Origin: Planctomycetota bacterium
Lineage (GTDB): Bacteria > Planctomycetota > Phycisphaerae > Phycisphaerales > SM1A02
Assembly: GCA_039796075.1 (NCBI GenBank)
Contig: JBDKKN010000134.1
Coordinates: 9,484-73,483 of the forward strand
Length of the DNA stretch: 64,000 bases
Direction: 5' to 3'
In this document: one piece after another, positions 54,901-62,868 of the stretch
How the letters are laid out: each line of letters starts with the position of its first letter
How positions within the stretch are numbered: position 1 is the stretch's first letter
Translations under genes and position numbers: made by a program
Notes under the pieces: model-generated
Databases searched by the model: none
The model's input: the letters and a program-made list of their open reading frames with translations, nothing else
Told to the model about the DNA's origin: nothing

Positions 54901-55304
54901 GAGGTGAAATCCAGATTTGAAACCGAGTCAAAGTAGTCAACGCCGTAACGAATGGCGAGCGGTTCCGCGGGAAGACGCGGGAAGTCACTGCGCGCCATGA
55001 ACTCACCGAAGGCCGGCTGACCCGTCAGACCAGTGGCCTGGTTGGCAGCGATCTGTCCGGCAGCGGCAGTCATGCTCGAACTATCAATCCGCTTCACAAA
55101 GAGCGCATTCGCTACTTCTTGGGCAACGTCTGCGGCTACCGATTCAACACGTGCCTCTCGGCCTGTGGCCTTCTGCTGCGCGGCAGCCTGCGCGCGCCCA
55201 CTTTGCGCTCGCACCAAGAATGCGGTGGCAATGATGACCAGCAGCACCAAGATGGCGGTGACTAAGACAAGCGTGTTTCCGCGGGTCGTGGTGGTGGAGT
55301 TCAT
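48969..55304 (-). CDS. Giant (2111 aa) GspK-like minor pseudopilin / pseudopilus-tip protein
   Basis: The N-terminus MNSTTTTRGNTLVLVTAILVLLVIIATAFL is the GspK-type (RG.(A/T)L..VL hydrophobic helix, with no Glu at +5). GLININTAPIEVLHAMPQM at about residue 1706 (DNA ~50131-50187) is the GspK I-N-(I/V)-N-T-A helix-hairpin-helix-like signature. It is the last gene of the pseudopilin row. Multiple DxDxDG-type acidic loops occur: DADGDGWTD, DANGDGVADVED, DLDGNPDDVTGDG, DTDGDGTITTTE and SDADGNGTPDVQD. Confidence 0.7.
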   Translation of the reverse strand: MNSTTTTRGNTLVLVTAILVLLVIIATAFLVRAQSGRAQAAAQQKATGREARVESVAADVAQEVANALFVKRIDSSSMTAAAGQIAANQATGLTGQPAFGEFMARSDFPRLPAEPLAIRYGVDYFDSVSNLDFTSVAGGDGYLDGYNFAPFSVNPFTNWPARYGDITGEGNPIGNPGFGDTRWLASTEPVRAMLLTQLQNPVAPAPPNTQVPLPFNANWGNLALSNGAPILSPEGLGFSHWPHMSWIPTAENGFRLCWNISNVESNWDHMVPAATPAAADRWAAGELNLGTPYEQWLPYVAPREPLVTGKDARGYLVLDSTDWQNRVSQWFNVGITNFNTVPPHAQMIKGVNGTGVSTPIRRLDALPNFLQLGAFGDPSDEFKQILSGTAYVPTSRNLIGRTLADADGDGWTDSFWFVAPSSSDRSTRQLIAVRIMDNSALINVNTATRSDRASTNGLTPSDVALVTRRDSYDETSTVGNTAGFRDPIVGFFNARENDPEYRVNFSFKTLLPAPAAQPSQTAAKLVYAVASNAAGPTGGVDVGWAPERWEGRRTQLAAAGGNTADPYQTGFLRDIGMTQEGTAGNVNSVVPFFDPSADFGLTGSSAVYGDSFVLSRAADRLSYFKAMANGGELVDPVTATRLVTLSPFGSDDEIELRAASGQNSPQTVSRIENALNSSASMYSTDILFGEFLRSTRSREESARFFDPDDVRVQDWRARAAWSTGAAFAPRGGAELLLDHRRMMTTISGARNEMLPPRLWTVVDHSLQAAGTPDTNFVGNSLRVRPAYLKRGVDFDLDGNPDDVTGDGAVTTADDLAPYHPNIMFPAAGLIPAASSGFGIAIRDANGDGVADVEDFERGRQRFLTDNRKIDLRRPNDVPTVGVAATPTQITQADRKFDFDLQRVMRRALIDEGTRQSYLGRPGQNSTDANASLAATKMMIASFSANVLCYRDGKRRITNTMYLDQPLHPTEAIAVPTDALGTSGITDGGFIGVEKQPFIQEVFLAFVYPKSKVTQAELDAVLGPPGGNPLPGCPDPDNCSLNASDPFALPSCTANGAGEHFVVYDPANPATWPAVVFVAQIANPFNEPVNLADFELRINPASGSPQRFFFGLPGPTGSRSGNTYGPDVELGPCTPEEPRTALVFSLPEKFPNGDAFPRDAWLDFLDIGASIDTDGDGTITTTEADPSNDIKPGQFFKPDINAIFSPAWGGSSATGTQYFDANRRGGTLYFDATRTTAPTVFAGLDVSGDMNRWKPSPSVGGAPPTNSYIELRRAIYPSNGGTPSWTVVDRFENELDPTLDGQTGQRVTDLINRLYIDGSGGSLPPPPAIVCRSGSLAIDGIRMQTGDFFTTWARGSRQWLFDTQAGITPAPPGVGVITMDERTPRYAFARTTGVMASSSPNGGSVGRETYVGGTQEGVGRKGEIIANATSLPDGDATGSPQSLWISSLYHNIWGELKRGKPTFFPTRIPESTQTRTYKYPAWLLANATPPTGMTLNYGEKGVSDRKFVNGADPSNFTAPYRLFQKDADFDQAAEILDVPLWGTLVQRTGSGRAYATLAEILAQPQDSTADLYFPKFPKPATSTGVLSYGSDQEHYNRLQLEPAQYDTVAPTGGRPTLLSGIQTMPPTIEGAITATTPPQQNGIGFNARLPGGAALLDAFVVDDRGAAPFDAWTATTAPDNVIDFNERATAENRRLRLARNFEGKLTPGLININTAPIEVLHAMPQMMRLVYDDDFPITKTADSDPATLNAASSALSKRRLVRDPLAWQAAPYDMGGGNPGPGNPNSILFDYGVAAPRVRVAEAMELWRNKGNVLPDLSNNLFQNMPSYYSRGLDFPDASNHREWAPGTRSERGFDSIGELAVLTKGAEFAPTAASDADGNGTPDVQDIAKGKVADVNRNNVADSADAAALVGSSWNQAEGWSIRFAGTDPYRTKWDDPSWGAGRGSSVGSGPQSVGGTALAYRTEGIPQTLTAGQAQVYPLTGRTAIDKHLLVTATDDRNTIANEINDPSNDSLGTQFVESKAYHYDMTSGDAVEQNQMLRGISNIVTTRSDVFTIWLRIRTIKQDTLTGQWNGTDPESIVDDSRYMMTIDRSSVDRPGEQPRIVSFVKVPN

Positions 55305-55336
55305 GGGGTACTTTCGCGGAATGCGATCAGCAACAC

Positions 55337-57328
55337 TCAGTCCTTGCGACGCTTCGGAACATCAAGCACAAATTGAAACTCACGACCGCGGTCCAAGACC
55401 AGGCGCGGGTCATGGATAGTGGCGGTGACACGAATCTGTGTTGGCCACGGGGTGTAATCCTCGCGCGCAACAATGAATCCGTCCGGAGTCACGGTGTAAG
55501 CCTCGTCTTGGTTGAAACCAAACACGGCCGTGTAGACCCGGACGGGCACGCCTGCCCCGAACGGCGCCTGAATGGCAGCGGGCGAATTCGCCGCTGCGCC
55601 AGCGGTGCCTTCGATCGCCTGCGCAACGGCGCGCATGTGGAAATTGGTGCGAACCGTGGTGGTGGTGGATCCACCGTTCGGAACGTCGGGCATCACGGAA
55701 GTGTCCTGTGCGAGCGCTACGCCGAGTTGTTGCGACGCGGGAATGACTACCGTGCCATCGCCAGAATCCGGGAAGCCAAACCACGGCTGCTGACGCACGC
55801 GCTGGGTCGGGTCTTCGGCGTTTGCTGGCCATGTATCGGCAAACGGCTCATAGCCGCGCAGGAGGGTCGTGATAGTTGGCGTGACCGCATAGGTGGGCGC
55901 AGCATCAATCGAAAGCCGCACGGTAACTGGCAATACCGCGCCTGACGAGTCCGTCTGCCGGCCGGTCAGTGGCTCCCACGTCCAATCCACTTGGAAGGTG
56001 CTGCAATTAGTCACCAGTGTTGGCGAGGTGAGCATCTCGCTCTTGCGATCGGTGTTGCCGATTGATTTCTCCGAGCGTGGCCAGCCGAGGAGACCAAAGG
56101 TGTTACTGATGTTTGTTGTGGCGGGAATACCAAAGGTGCCGCGCATGATCCGATCTCGCTGCGTGGAGAAACCATTGATCGCACCCGGGTCCATGTTGTT
56201 GCCCACGGCGACAATCGCGCTACCACTCGGCCATGCCGGAGCCCCGGCGCCCACCGGCCATGAAATCGGTGCAATGCCGTTGCCAGGAGTGTTAAAGGGC
56301 ACGGACATCGAAGACAGCGTCACTGCGCCGCCTCCAACTGGAAGCGGCGTCTGCAGCCGAAGCGTGGGTGAAATTTCTCGGCGGACCTTGCCAAAGTCAC
56401 TGGCCGCAACATCAACCCACCCAGACTGCATGACTGGACTTGGAATGAGGTTGGTACTCAGGGAAATGCGATTGCGGTCGCGCATCTCTTGAAAGTACGA
56501 AGGGTCCGAACCAGCTGCGCCCGTGTACGAACGATCGCCAAAGATGGACGGCGCAGAACTTGGTCCTTGCGTTCCGGCCACGGTGAGATTGCTTGGTTCC
56601 GGGTAGTAGATGGGCCGACCGCCGTCATCGGAGAGGAGCACTGATTTACGCGCCAGCACCCACTGTCGCGCCTCAGGCTGGTTGGCAAGCACGCGCGGAC
56701 CCGCCGTCTGCGTGGTGGTTCCGAACTGCCAGCCAAGTTGGTAGGTCAGCGGGTCAAACCACGTCCACGGAACCACCTGCTTCACACCGCTCGGAGCGGG
56801 ACTGACGCCGGTGATGATCGGCTTGATGACCGAGTTCGGGTTTGATCCGGGTGGATTACTGGTTGGATCATTCGGCAGCGATGGAAACTGCACGCCGTGT
56901 CCGTAGTACACGCGCGCGCCGCGCGACTGCTGACCACCGCCGCCAGACACCAAGTCGCCGGGACCGGCCCAGCGCGCCGATGTTTCCGTACCCGCGGTGA
57001 AGAACACAATCTGATCGCAGCGCAAGATGGCATTGGCATCCAACTGCGGATTCAAGAGCGGTGCGTTGGCCGATGGGGAGATCACCTGATTGACATCATT
57101 GCGGACTGCCACGCACTGAATGGCCATGTAGCCGTCTCGGCACAGGCGCTCCAAATCGCGGCGCATCTGCTCTTCGATCACGGTGCCCTGCTGCAGCACA
57201 TCCGCGTTGGCTTCGCCGGTACTGGAGACCTTGCTCGCCGTATTAAAGATCTTGCTAGTGGCAATGATCACCGCCAGCATGACCACCACGGCGATCAGAA
57301 GTTCAACGACTGTAAATGCGCGACGCAT
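55337..57328 (-). CDS. Prepilin-type N-terminal methylation-domain protein, GspJ position (663 aa)
   Basis: MRRAFTVVELLIAVVVMLAVIIATS is a class III signal ((G/A)|FT..E with Glu+5). It lies between the I-position and K-like genes. The GspJ assignment is positional only. Confidence 0.6.
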   Translation of the reverse strand: MRRAFTVVELLIAVVVMLAVIIATSKIFNTASKVSSTGEANADVLQQGTVIEEQMRRDLERLCRDGYMAIQCVAVRNDVNQVISPSANAPLLNPQLDANAILRCDQIVFFTAGTETSARWAGPGDLVSGGGGQQSRGARVYYGHGVQFPSLPNDPTSNPPGSNPNSVIKPIITGVSPAPSGVKQVVPWTWFDPLTYQLGWQFGTTTQTAGPRVLANQPEARQWVLARKSVLLSDDGGRPIYYPEPSNLTVAGTQGPSSAPSIFGDRSYTGAAGSDPSYFQEMRDRNRISLSTNLIPSPVMQSGWVDVAASDFGKVRREISPTLRLQTPLPVGGGAVTLSSMSVPFNTPGNGIAPISWPVGAGAPAWPSGSAIVAVGNNMDPGAINGFSTQRDRIMRGTFGIPATTNISNTFGLLGWPRSEKSIGNTDRKSEMLTSPTLVTNCSTFQVDWTWEPLTGRQTDSSGAVLPVTVRLSIDAAPTYAVTPTITTLLRGYEPFADTWPANAEDPTQRVRQQPWFGFPDSGDGTVVIPASQQLGVALAQDTSVMPDVPNGGSTTTTVRTNFHMRAVAQAIEGTAGAAANSPAAIQAPFGAGVPVRVYTAVFGFNQDEAYTVTPDGFIVAREDYTPWPTQIRVTATIHDPRLVLDRGREFQFVLDVPKRRKD

Positions 57329-58563
57329 CAGAGCTCCCTCACCGTGGCATAGACCGGAACCAATTGCGTTCCATTGGCGTCAATGATGGCTGGGACGTAG
57401 TGCATGGTGCGAACGCCCATTGGGACATTGTCGGTGGTGCCACTGGCCGGCAGCTCGTAGTCGTCGTACACCTGCGCATTCGGAACGCGCGGGACCGGCG
57501 CGCTGAAACGGACTTGCAGCGGATCAATGGAATTACGCCGGCCCTGTGCCACACGGTGCACGTTGCTGTTGTTGTCAATGATCCACTGCCCCGGCAACTG
57601 CCATTGTTCGCTCACTTGCGGAATCGCAGCGGCGGCGAAATCTGTAGCGGCAATTCCTTGATTCGCGCCGAAGAATCCAGTGGTGAACGGTGCTTGGCCA
57701 GTCAGCGAAAGTGTTGGTGGCTGCTCCCACCCGGTGCGCACCTGCAGTCCAATCGGTGCACCTGTTGTTCCAGGCGCGCCCCCAATACCTGACTTGGGAA
57801 CGCGCCGGTACGGAACCGGCGGAAGACTGGGGTAACTCGCACCGGCGACCACCGTCGGCAGGCTCGGCGCACCGTTCGAAGGCGATGAGTAACTCCGCAC
57901 CGCACCGCCGACGCCGATGACGCGGTACACAAAGATGGCCACCTGAATGCGCCCGCCCATGCGGCGGAACATGCAGTCCCATGAGTACGTGGGCGGAGTG
58001 AACGTGGTGGCGCCTTCCGGTACGGATGGCCACCAACGCTCGCGTTGAGTGACGACGATCGGCGGCGCCAGGCTGGTGCGTGAGGAGTTGTACGGCGCAC
58101 CCCACAGTTTCAGATTGCCCCCACCCGTGCGGGTGACGCCTTGATTGGGAAACTCACAGAACTCTTGCGCGCTGGAGCCCGCGTTCTGAGCGAGCGTCGA
58201 GAAGATATCGATGGCACCCACGTCATCAATGGTGGTACCGCCTTGGTTGCTGCGGATCACGCCGGGGCGGATCCAACTCCAATCGCCAGCGCTGGGCCGG
58301 GATACGTAGCTGCCATTGGAGATGGACTGCGCCAAGAGGTTGGTGACGCCAAACTCTTCAAAGGTGCCAAAGTCCTCTGACTTCACACGACTGCGCAGCA
58401 GCCCCAGCGCCTGCTCCGCCACCACGGGTCCAAGCTGATCATCCGCGGTCTGTTGCTGCTGAGCAATGCCCGCAGGAAAGAGCGCCGACACGGAAATGAT
58501 TCCGATCGCCAGAATGAAGACGGATAGCAACAACTCGATGAGCGAGAATGCACGGCGCATCAC
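57328..58563 (-). CDS. Prepilin-type N-terminal methylation-domain protein, GspI position (411 aa)
   Basis: MMRRAFSLIELLLSVFILAIGIISVSALF. The A|FSLIE plus LLSVFILAIG pattern resembles the GspI/PilV type. The stop overlaps the next start (TGATG). Confidence 0.6.
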   Translation of the reverse strand: MMRRAFSLIELLLSVFILAIGIISVSALFPAGIAQQQQTADDQLGPVVAEQALGLLRSRVKSEDFGTFEEFGVTNLLAQSISNGSYVSRPSAGDWSWIRPGVIRSNQGGTTIDDVGAIDIFSTLAQNAGSSAQEFCEFPNQGVTRTGGGNLKLWGAPYNSSRTSLAPPIVVTQRERWWPSVPEGATTFTPPTYSWDCMFRRMGGRIQVAIFVYRVIGVGGAVRSYSSPSNGAPSLPTVVAGASYPSLPPVPYRRVPKSGIGGAPGTTGAPIGLQVRTGWEQPPTLSLTGQAPFTTGFFGANQGIAATDFAAAAIPQVSEQWQLPGQWIIDNNSNVHRVAQGRRNSIDPLQVRFSAPVPRVPNAQVYDDYELPASGTTDNVPMGVRTMHYVPAIIDANGTQLVPVYATVREL

Positions 58564-59597
58564 TTGGTGCCGATCCCGGGAACGCCCGTATATCGATTAA
58601 AGGTGATGCGGTCAGACTGCTCTTCAATGAACAGTGATTGATCACGAATGCGCGGCGGTGGGCTGCCGTTACCACCGATGGCTGTGCCCTTCCACGTGCT
58701 GGAGTTGAAACGATCACGCGCCTCGGCATCGTTAAAGACGGCCAGATACGGAACGTAATCGACTAGCGGCTCATCCAACGGTTCGTCGTAGATGAAATAG
58801 TCAACGTTGACCCCCGCGCCGCCATAGGCGCTCGTGGTGCCACGCTCCGGGAATCCATTGCCGTCGTAGTCAACAAACGACTTCACGTAGGCGTTCTGGT
58901 TACCGCCTGCGGCAGTCACCACTTCAAGCACCTGTTGCGGATTGCGCGAGAGCACGCGTCCGTCCGGACCAAACAACACACCGATGGCCCAGCCGAGTTC
59001 GGTGCGTGCCAAGTCCGGCGTGAATGTTGGTGGCGTCACCGCCATATTGGTAGTGCCTGCAAAGCGCGGCTGCGTGCGCCACTGACGATCGTTCTGACCG
59101 ACCGCTGTGTCAGTGACAAATCCGAAGGCCGGACCGGCAATCAAGACACCGGCTGGCAAGTCCCGTGTTGGAACACCTGGAACGGGAACGAATCGATCGG
59201 CGAACACATCGTCCACCATGAGCTCGGCACCGTAGGTGTTGGGTGTGGGAAGCGGCGTGCTAGCGGTGACCACCTCGCCGGTCCAACGAGCAGTGACAAT
59301 CTGTACCACTTGCGGCTCACGCGGCAATGCGCGGGACTGCCGACTTGGCGCCACGCGGAAGGTGACCATGACGTACGCGTTGTCTCGGATAGCGATGGCG
59401 CGCGCTGAGCCAAGGGATGCCACCACACCATTGGTGGCATTCGCCAACTTGGCATCGCGGGTGACCTTGCCGACGCTGATGGCCGTCAGCACTGCCAAGA
59501 TCATCATGATGCCCATGACCACCAACAGCTCCAGGAGCGTGAAGGCGGGCGCTCGGGTGAGCCGTCGCACGGAGGATGAATTGCGGGCGCTGGACAT
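58560..59597 (-). CDS. Prepilin-type N-terminal methylation-domain protein, GspH/FimT-like (345 aa)
   Basis: Start ATG 59597 gives MSSARNSSSVRRLTRAPAFTLLELLVVMGIMMILAVLTAISVG. It is followed by LANATNGVVASLGSARAIAIRDNAYVMVTF, resembling the GspH/FimT L...ARSEAI.R...V.L segment. The upstream 45 aa of the ORF are rejected. Confidence 0.6.
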   Translation of the reverse strand: MSSARNSSSVRRLTRAPAFTLLELLVVMGIMMILAVLTAISVGKVTRDAKLANATNGVVASLGSARAIAIRDNAYVMVTFRVAPSRQSRALPREPQVVQIVTARWTGEVVTASTPLPTPNTYGAELMVDDVFADRFVPVPGVPTRDLPAGVLIAGPAFGFVTDTAVGQNDRQWRTQPRFAGTTNMAVTPPTFTPDLARTELGWAIGVLFGPDGRVLSRNPQQVLEVVTAAGGNQNAYVKSFVDYDGNGFPERGTTSAYGGAGVNVDYFIYDEPLDEPLVDYVPYLAVFNDAEARDRFNSSTWKGTAIGGNGSPPPRIRDQSLFIEEQSDRITFNRYTGVPGIGTK

Positions 59598-59602
59598 GGG
59601 CG

Positions 59603-60448
59603 TCAGTTTGGGGGATCCAATTCGTACAGGTAGATGTTGTCGGCAGCGGCGGTGTTCTGGATAGTGGTGGAATCCGGGGTGGATTCGCCGGGCACTCCAA
59701 AGAGACCGTCGGGACCAGCGGACACCAGACATATACGGCGATTGGTGCAGACTCCAAGGAGATTCTCAGCAGGAGTTCGCACAGTTCCGTCAGAATCGGG
59801 AAGCGATGAAGTCGGTTCCGCCCCGTAACGCCACGCCCGACCGGGGAACACGAACGCAATGCGTCCGCCCCACGTATCCACCAGCTCCGATCGGGTCGAA
59901 TCCTTGGTGTTGGCGGTGGACTTGGCCGAGGGCGCGTACAAGACCGACGGCGTGCCGGACAAGATGTTGGTGGCGGGATAACTGGAGGTATTCGCCTCCG
60001 CGCGCAACATGCTCGGCGGGATACCCGCCAGCATCGGACGAATCGATTCCAGTTGCGCGAGCAGATTGACGGTGAATACTCCCGCGCCGCGTGCGCGCGT
60101 GTAAATCAACTTGTTGCCGGAATTATTAGGTGCTGCCGGCGTTCCTGGCTCACGAACATCAAAGACCTCAAGCGTGGCTCCGGATGGAAAGATCTCCGTG
60201 GTCGGCGCCGTCAGCGAGTTGAACGCCCCGTTGTACGTCACTGGTCGACCGGTCTGCCCTTCCCATTCGGTGAACGCGCTCTCCATGATGGTCATGGCGC
60301 TCTCCACCTGCGAACGCTCCGCGCGCCGCAACAGCGCGGAACCAACGCCCAACACCAAGGACGCCAGCACCAAGATGATGCTGATCACCACCATGATCTC
60401 AATCAGGGTGAATGCGCGTCCCGCATGGCGTGAGCGACGGCGACTCAT
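59603..60448 (-). CDS. GspG-like pseudopilin, second copy (281 aa)
   Basis: GRAFTLIEIMVVISIILVLASLVLG is the GspG-type N-terminus. The C-terminal LVSAGPDGLFGVPG...AADNIY resembles the GspG S.G.DG..G....DI tail. Confidence 0.65.
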   Translation of the reverse strand: MSRRRSRHAGRAFTLIEIMVVISIILVLASLVLGVGSALLRRAERSQVESAMTIMESAFTEWEGQTGRPVTYNGAFNSLTAPTTEIFPSGATLEVFDVREPGTPAAPNNSGNKLIYTRARGAGVFTVNLLAQLESIRPMLAGIPPSMLRAEANTSSYPATNILSGTPSVLYAPSAKSTANTKDSTRSELVDTWGGRIAFVFPGRAWRYGAEPTSSLPDSDGTVRTPAENLLGVCTNRRICLVSAGPDGLFGVPGESTPDSTTIQNTAAADNIYLYELDPPN

Positions 60449-61563
60449 GGGCCAAACCTCACAATGTTGTCCTCGTTGTATCCCTCGGTATCAGCGCGGA
60501 TCGTTGGATTCCAACGTTGGTCCGGGCCAAAGGAGAGCAGCGCAAACTCCGATGCCATGGCAGCGCGGCTTGCACCGGAGTCATTATTTGCATCCGGCAT
60601 GGCGTCAACATCTTCGCCTGGGCTGAACCGCTGCGGACGCAGTGCAACAATGTCCGCCAACGACCAGGTGCGATCAGTGGAGCGCGGGTCGCCGTTCAGG
60701 TAGCCGCGTCGATAGAAGAGGACTGGCTTGCCAAAGAAGTCCAAGAGGCACTTGGGTGCCAGATCAAAGTTGTTGATCTCGCCCGGCTTGGCAACAATCG
60801 GCGTGCCATCCGTCTGAAATCCGGTGATGCCGCCAATCTCGCTGTCTGCCTTCACTTCCAAGTACGGTCCAAGCGACTTGCCGCGCAGAAACGCACTGGT
60901 TGAATCTGCGTTGCCGGTGGCAGGCGCGGTCGAAGCCAAGTTGCGCGAACCAAAGACGCCCTTCCCCTGTGTTCCAGTACGTGGATTGAGGAGCGAGCCC
61001 CATCCACCATCGGAGCCAGGGTTGCGAATTCCAAGAGCGGGTTGCTCGCGGTAGCCAGGAGTGTTGGTATTGGTAGGAAGCGCGCCGGTCCCTTCCATGA
61101 TGACTCCATAGCCATCCTGTGAGCGATCGCCAAGCCCCAGTAAGTACTCGGGAATGGTGGTCCCCGAGCACCACTTCTGCAGGTTCTGCCGCTGCGTGGT
61201 GGACCACGTTCCGTACGCGGGACCACCGTTCTGCGTTCCGGCAAGCGATGGCGGATCCAACATGTCGCGGCACCAACCAAGCTGTCCAAACGCCGTACCA
61301 GAGACGCCGGAACCCACTTGCGAAGGCACGCCAAGAATAGGAGGCATGTATCCGGTTTCAGCACGGAAGCGAGTCAGCCCCGCCACGATGGAGTTCATCA
61401 GGAACTCCGTGTTCGCAATGCGAGCACGCCGCGCGCCGTAACCAAGGCCCACAATCAGCGTGGAGATCACGCCGATCACAATGCCAAGCACCACCAAGAT
61501 CTCCACCACGGTAAAGCCGCGGCGGATGACGGAACGCTGCAACGGACGGGCGAACTCCATCAC
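60445..61563 (-). CDS. GspG-like major pseudopilin, extended (372 aa)
   Basis: RRGFTVVEILVVLGIVIGVISTLIVGL (G|FT..E), followed by ARIANTEFLMNSIVAGLTRFRAETGYMPP, which is like GspG A...I..L..AL..Y....G.YP. The C-terminus LLSFGPDQ...NEDNIV is GspG-like. It lies directly after gspF with a 4-nt overlap. Confidence 0.7.
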   Translation of the reverse strand: MMEFARPLQRSVIRRGFTVVEILVVLGIVIGVISTLIVGLGYGARRARIANTEFLMNSIVAGLTRFRAETGYMPPILGVPSQVGSGVSGTAFGQLGWCRDMLDPPSLAGTQNGGPAYGTWSTTQRQNLQKWCSGTTIPEYLLGLGDRSQDGYGVIMEGTGALPTNTNTPGYREQPALGIRNPGSDGGWGSLLNPRTGTQGKGVFGSRNLASTAPATGNADSTSAFLRGKSLGPYLEVKADSEIGGITGFQTDGTPIVAKPGEINNFDLAPKCLLDFFGKPVLFYRRGYLNGDPRSTDRTWSLADIVALRPQRFSPGEDVDAMPDANNDSGASRAAMASEFALLSFGPDQRWNPTIRADTEGYNEDNIVRFGP

Positions 61564-62861
61564 TTGCCGCCCTTCTGGCCGGAGACGCTTTCAATCATGC
61601 TGACCAGCGGAAGGAACAGCGCCAGAACGATCGTTCCGACGATACCACCCAGGATCACCACCATGAACGGCTCCAACAGACTCAGCAGACTCGCCACGGC
61701 CACGTCCACTTCTTCGTCGTAGTTGTCGGCGATCTTCATGAGCATCACGTCCAGGTCTCCGGTCTCTTCACCAACGTCGATCATGTTGACCACGATGGCG
61801 TCGCAGACCTTGGCCTTGCGCAACGGACCGGCGAATGTTTCGCCTTCCTTGATGCTGTCATGGACGCTGCCGAGCGCCTTCTCAAATACCCAGTTTCCAG
61901 AGGTTTCCTTGGTAATGGTGATCGCTTCCAGGATGGGAACACCGGCGGCAACCAGCGTTCCAAGTGTTCTGGTGAAGCGCGCCACGGTGGTCTTCTCCAC
62001 CAGCGTTCCAATGACGGGGATCTTCAAAATGATCCAGTCAAAGGCCGCTCGCCCAAACTCGGTTTTTCTGATCACCTTGAGCAAGAAGAACAACAAGAAT
62101 GGCGACACAATGATCCACGCCACCCCGGGCACTCGCTGGTCGGGGCTGGCGGTACCGGCGATCCACTTACTGGCAGCAACAAGCCACAGCGTCAGCGCTG
62201 GAAGCTTGACGTTGAAGTCGTTGAAGATCTCCTGGAACTTCGGGATCACGAAATACATGATGCCGGTGACGATCGCCACGGCAATACCAATGACCACCAC
62301 TGGATAGATCAGTGCGCCCTTAATACGACGGCGCAAGCGCTGGCCCTTTTCCATGAAGTCGGCCAGACGCTGCAAGATGACATCCAACACGCCTCCGATC
62401 TCACCAGCCTTCACCATCTTGGTGTAGAGGCGATCGAATGCCTTGGGATGACGGGCAAAGGCATCGCTCAGCGTGTTACCACCCTGAACGTCTTCGCACA
62501 CGGTCTCCAGAATGCTCTTCAGCTTGCCGGCCTTCTGCTGGCTCTCCAAGATCTGCAAGGAGCGAAGCAGCGGAAGACCTGCGTCCTGCAGCGTGGAAAG
62601 TTGGCGAGTGAACAAGCACATGCGCTTCAGCGGAACGCCACCGAAGGACAGGTTCAGGCCGCCGCCCTTCTTCTTCTTTTTCTTGGTAGCGGCAGCGACG
62701 TTCGGCTTGGCCGCACTGCCACCCTTCTGCTCGCGCACGTCGGTGGGGTACAGCCCATCGCCACGGAGCTTCTGGATCGCATCATCGCTACTGGACGCGT
62801 CGATGGTGCCCTTCTGAGATTTTCCAGAGGCGTTCATCGCCTCATATGCGTAGGTGGCCAT
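61560..62861 (-). CDS. gspF: Type II secretion / type IV pilus platform protein GspF/PilC family
   Basis: Two GspF repeats are present: FTRQLSTLQDAGLPLLRSLQIL...L..A...HPKAFD.LY..MV.AGE.GG.L and FTRTLGTLVAAGVPILEAI....ETSGN. There are three TM helices, and the C-terminus is GTIVLALFLPLVSMI. Confidence 0.9.
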   Translation of the reverse strand: MATYAYEAMNASGKSQKGTIDASSSDDAIQKLRGDGLYPTDVREQKGGSAAKPNVAAATKKKKKKGGGLNLSFGGVPLKRMCLFTRQLSTLQDAGLPLLRSLQILESQQKAGKLKSILETVCEDVQGGNTLSDAFARHPKAFDRLYTKMVKAGEIGGVLDVILQRLADFMEKGQRLRRRIKGALIYPVVVIGIAVAIVTGIMYFVIPKFQEIFNDFNVKLPALTLWLVAASKWIAGTASPDQRVPGVAWIIVSPFLLFFLLKVIRKTEFGRAAFDWIILKIPVIGTLVEKTTVARFTRTLGTLVAAGVPILEAITITKETSGNWVFEKALGSVHDSIKEGETFAGPLRKAKVCDAIVVNMIDVGEETGDLDVMLMKIADNYDEEVDVAVASLLSLLEPFMVVILGGIVGTIVLALFLPLVSMIESVSGQKGGK

Positions 62862-62868
62862 GGCTCAG

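Noticed and set aside
48969-55304. Numerous 60-250-aa ORFs on both strands inside the giant gene
   Set aside because: All are nested in, or antisense to, a single uninterrupted 6.3-kb frame that has pseudopilin N-terminal and GspK-like C-terminal signatures. None carries a motif of its own.
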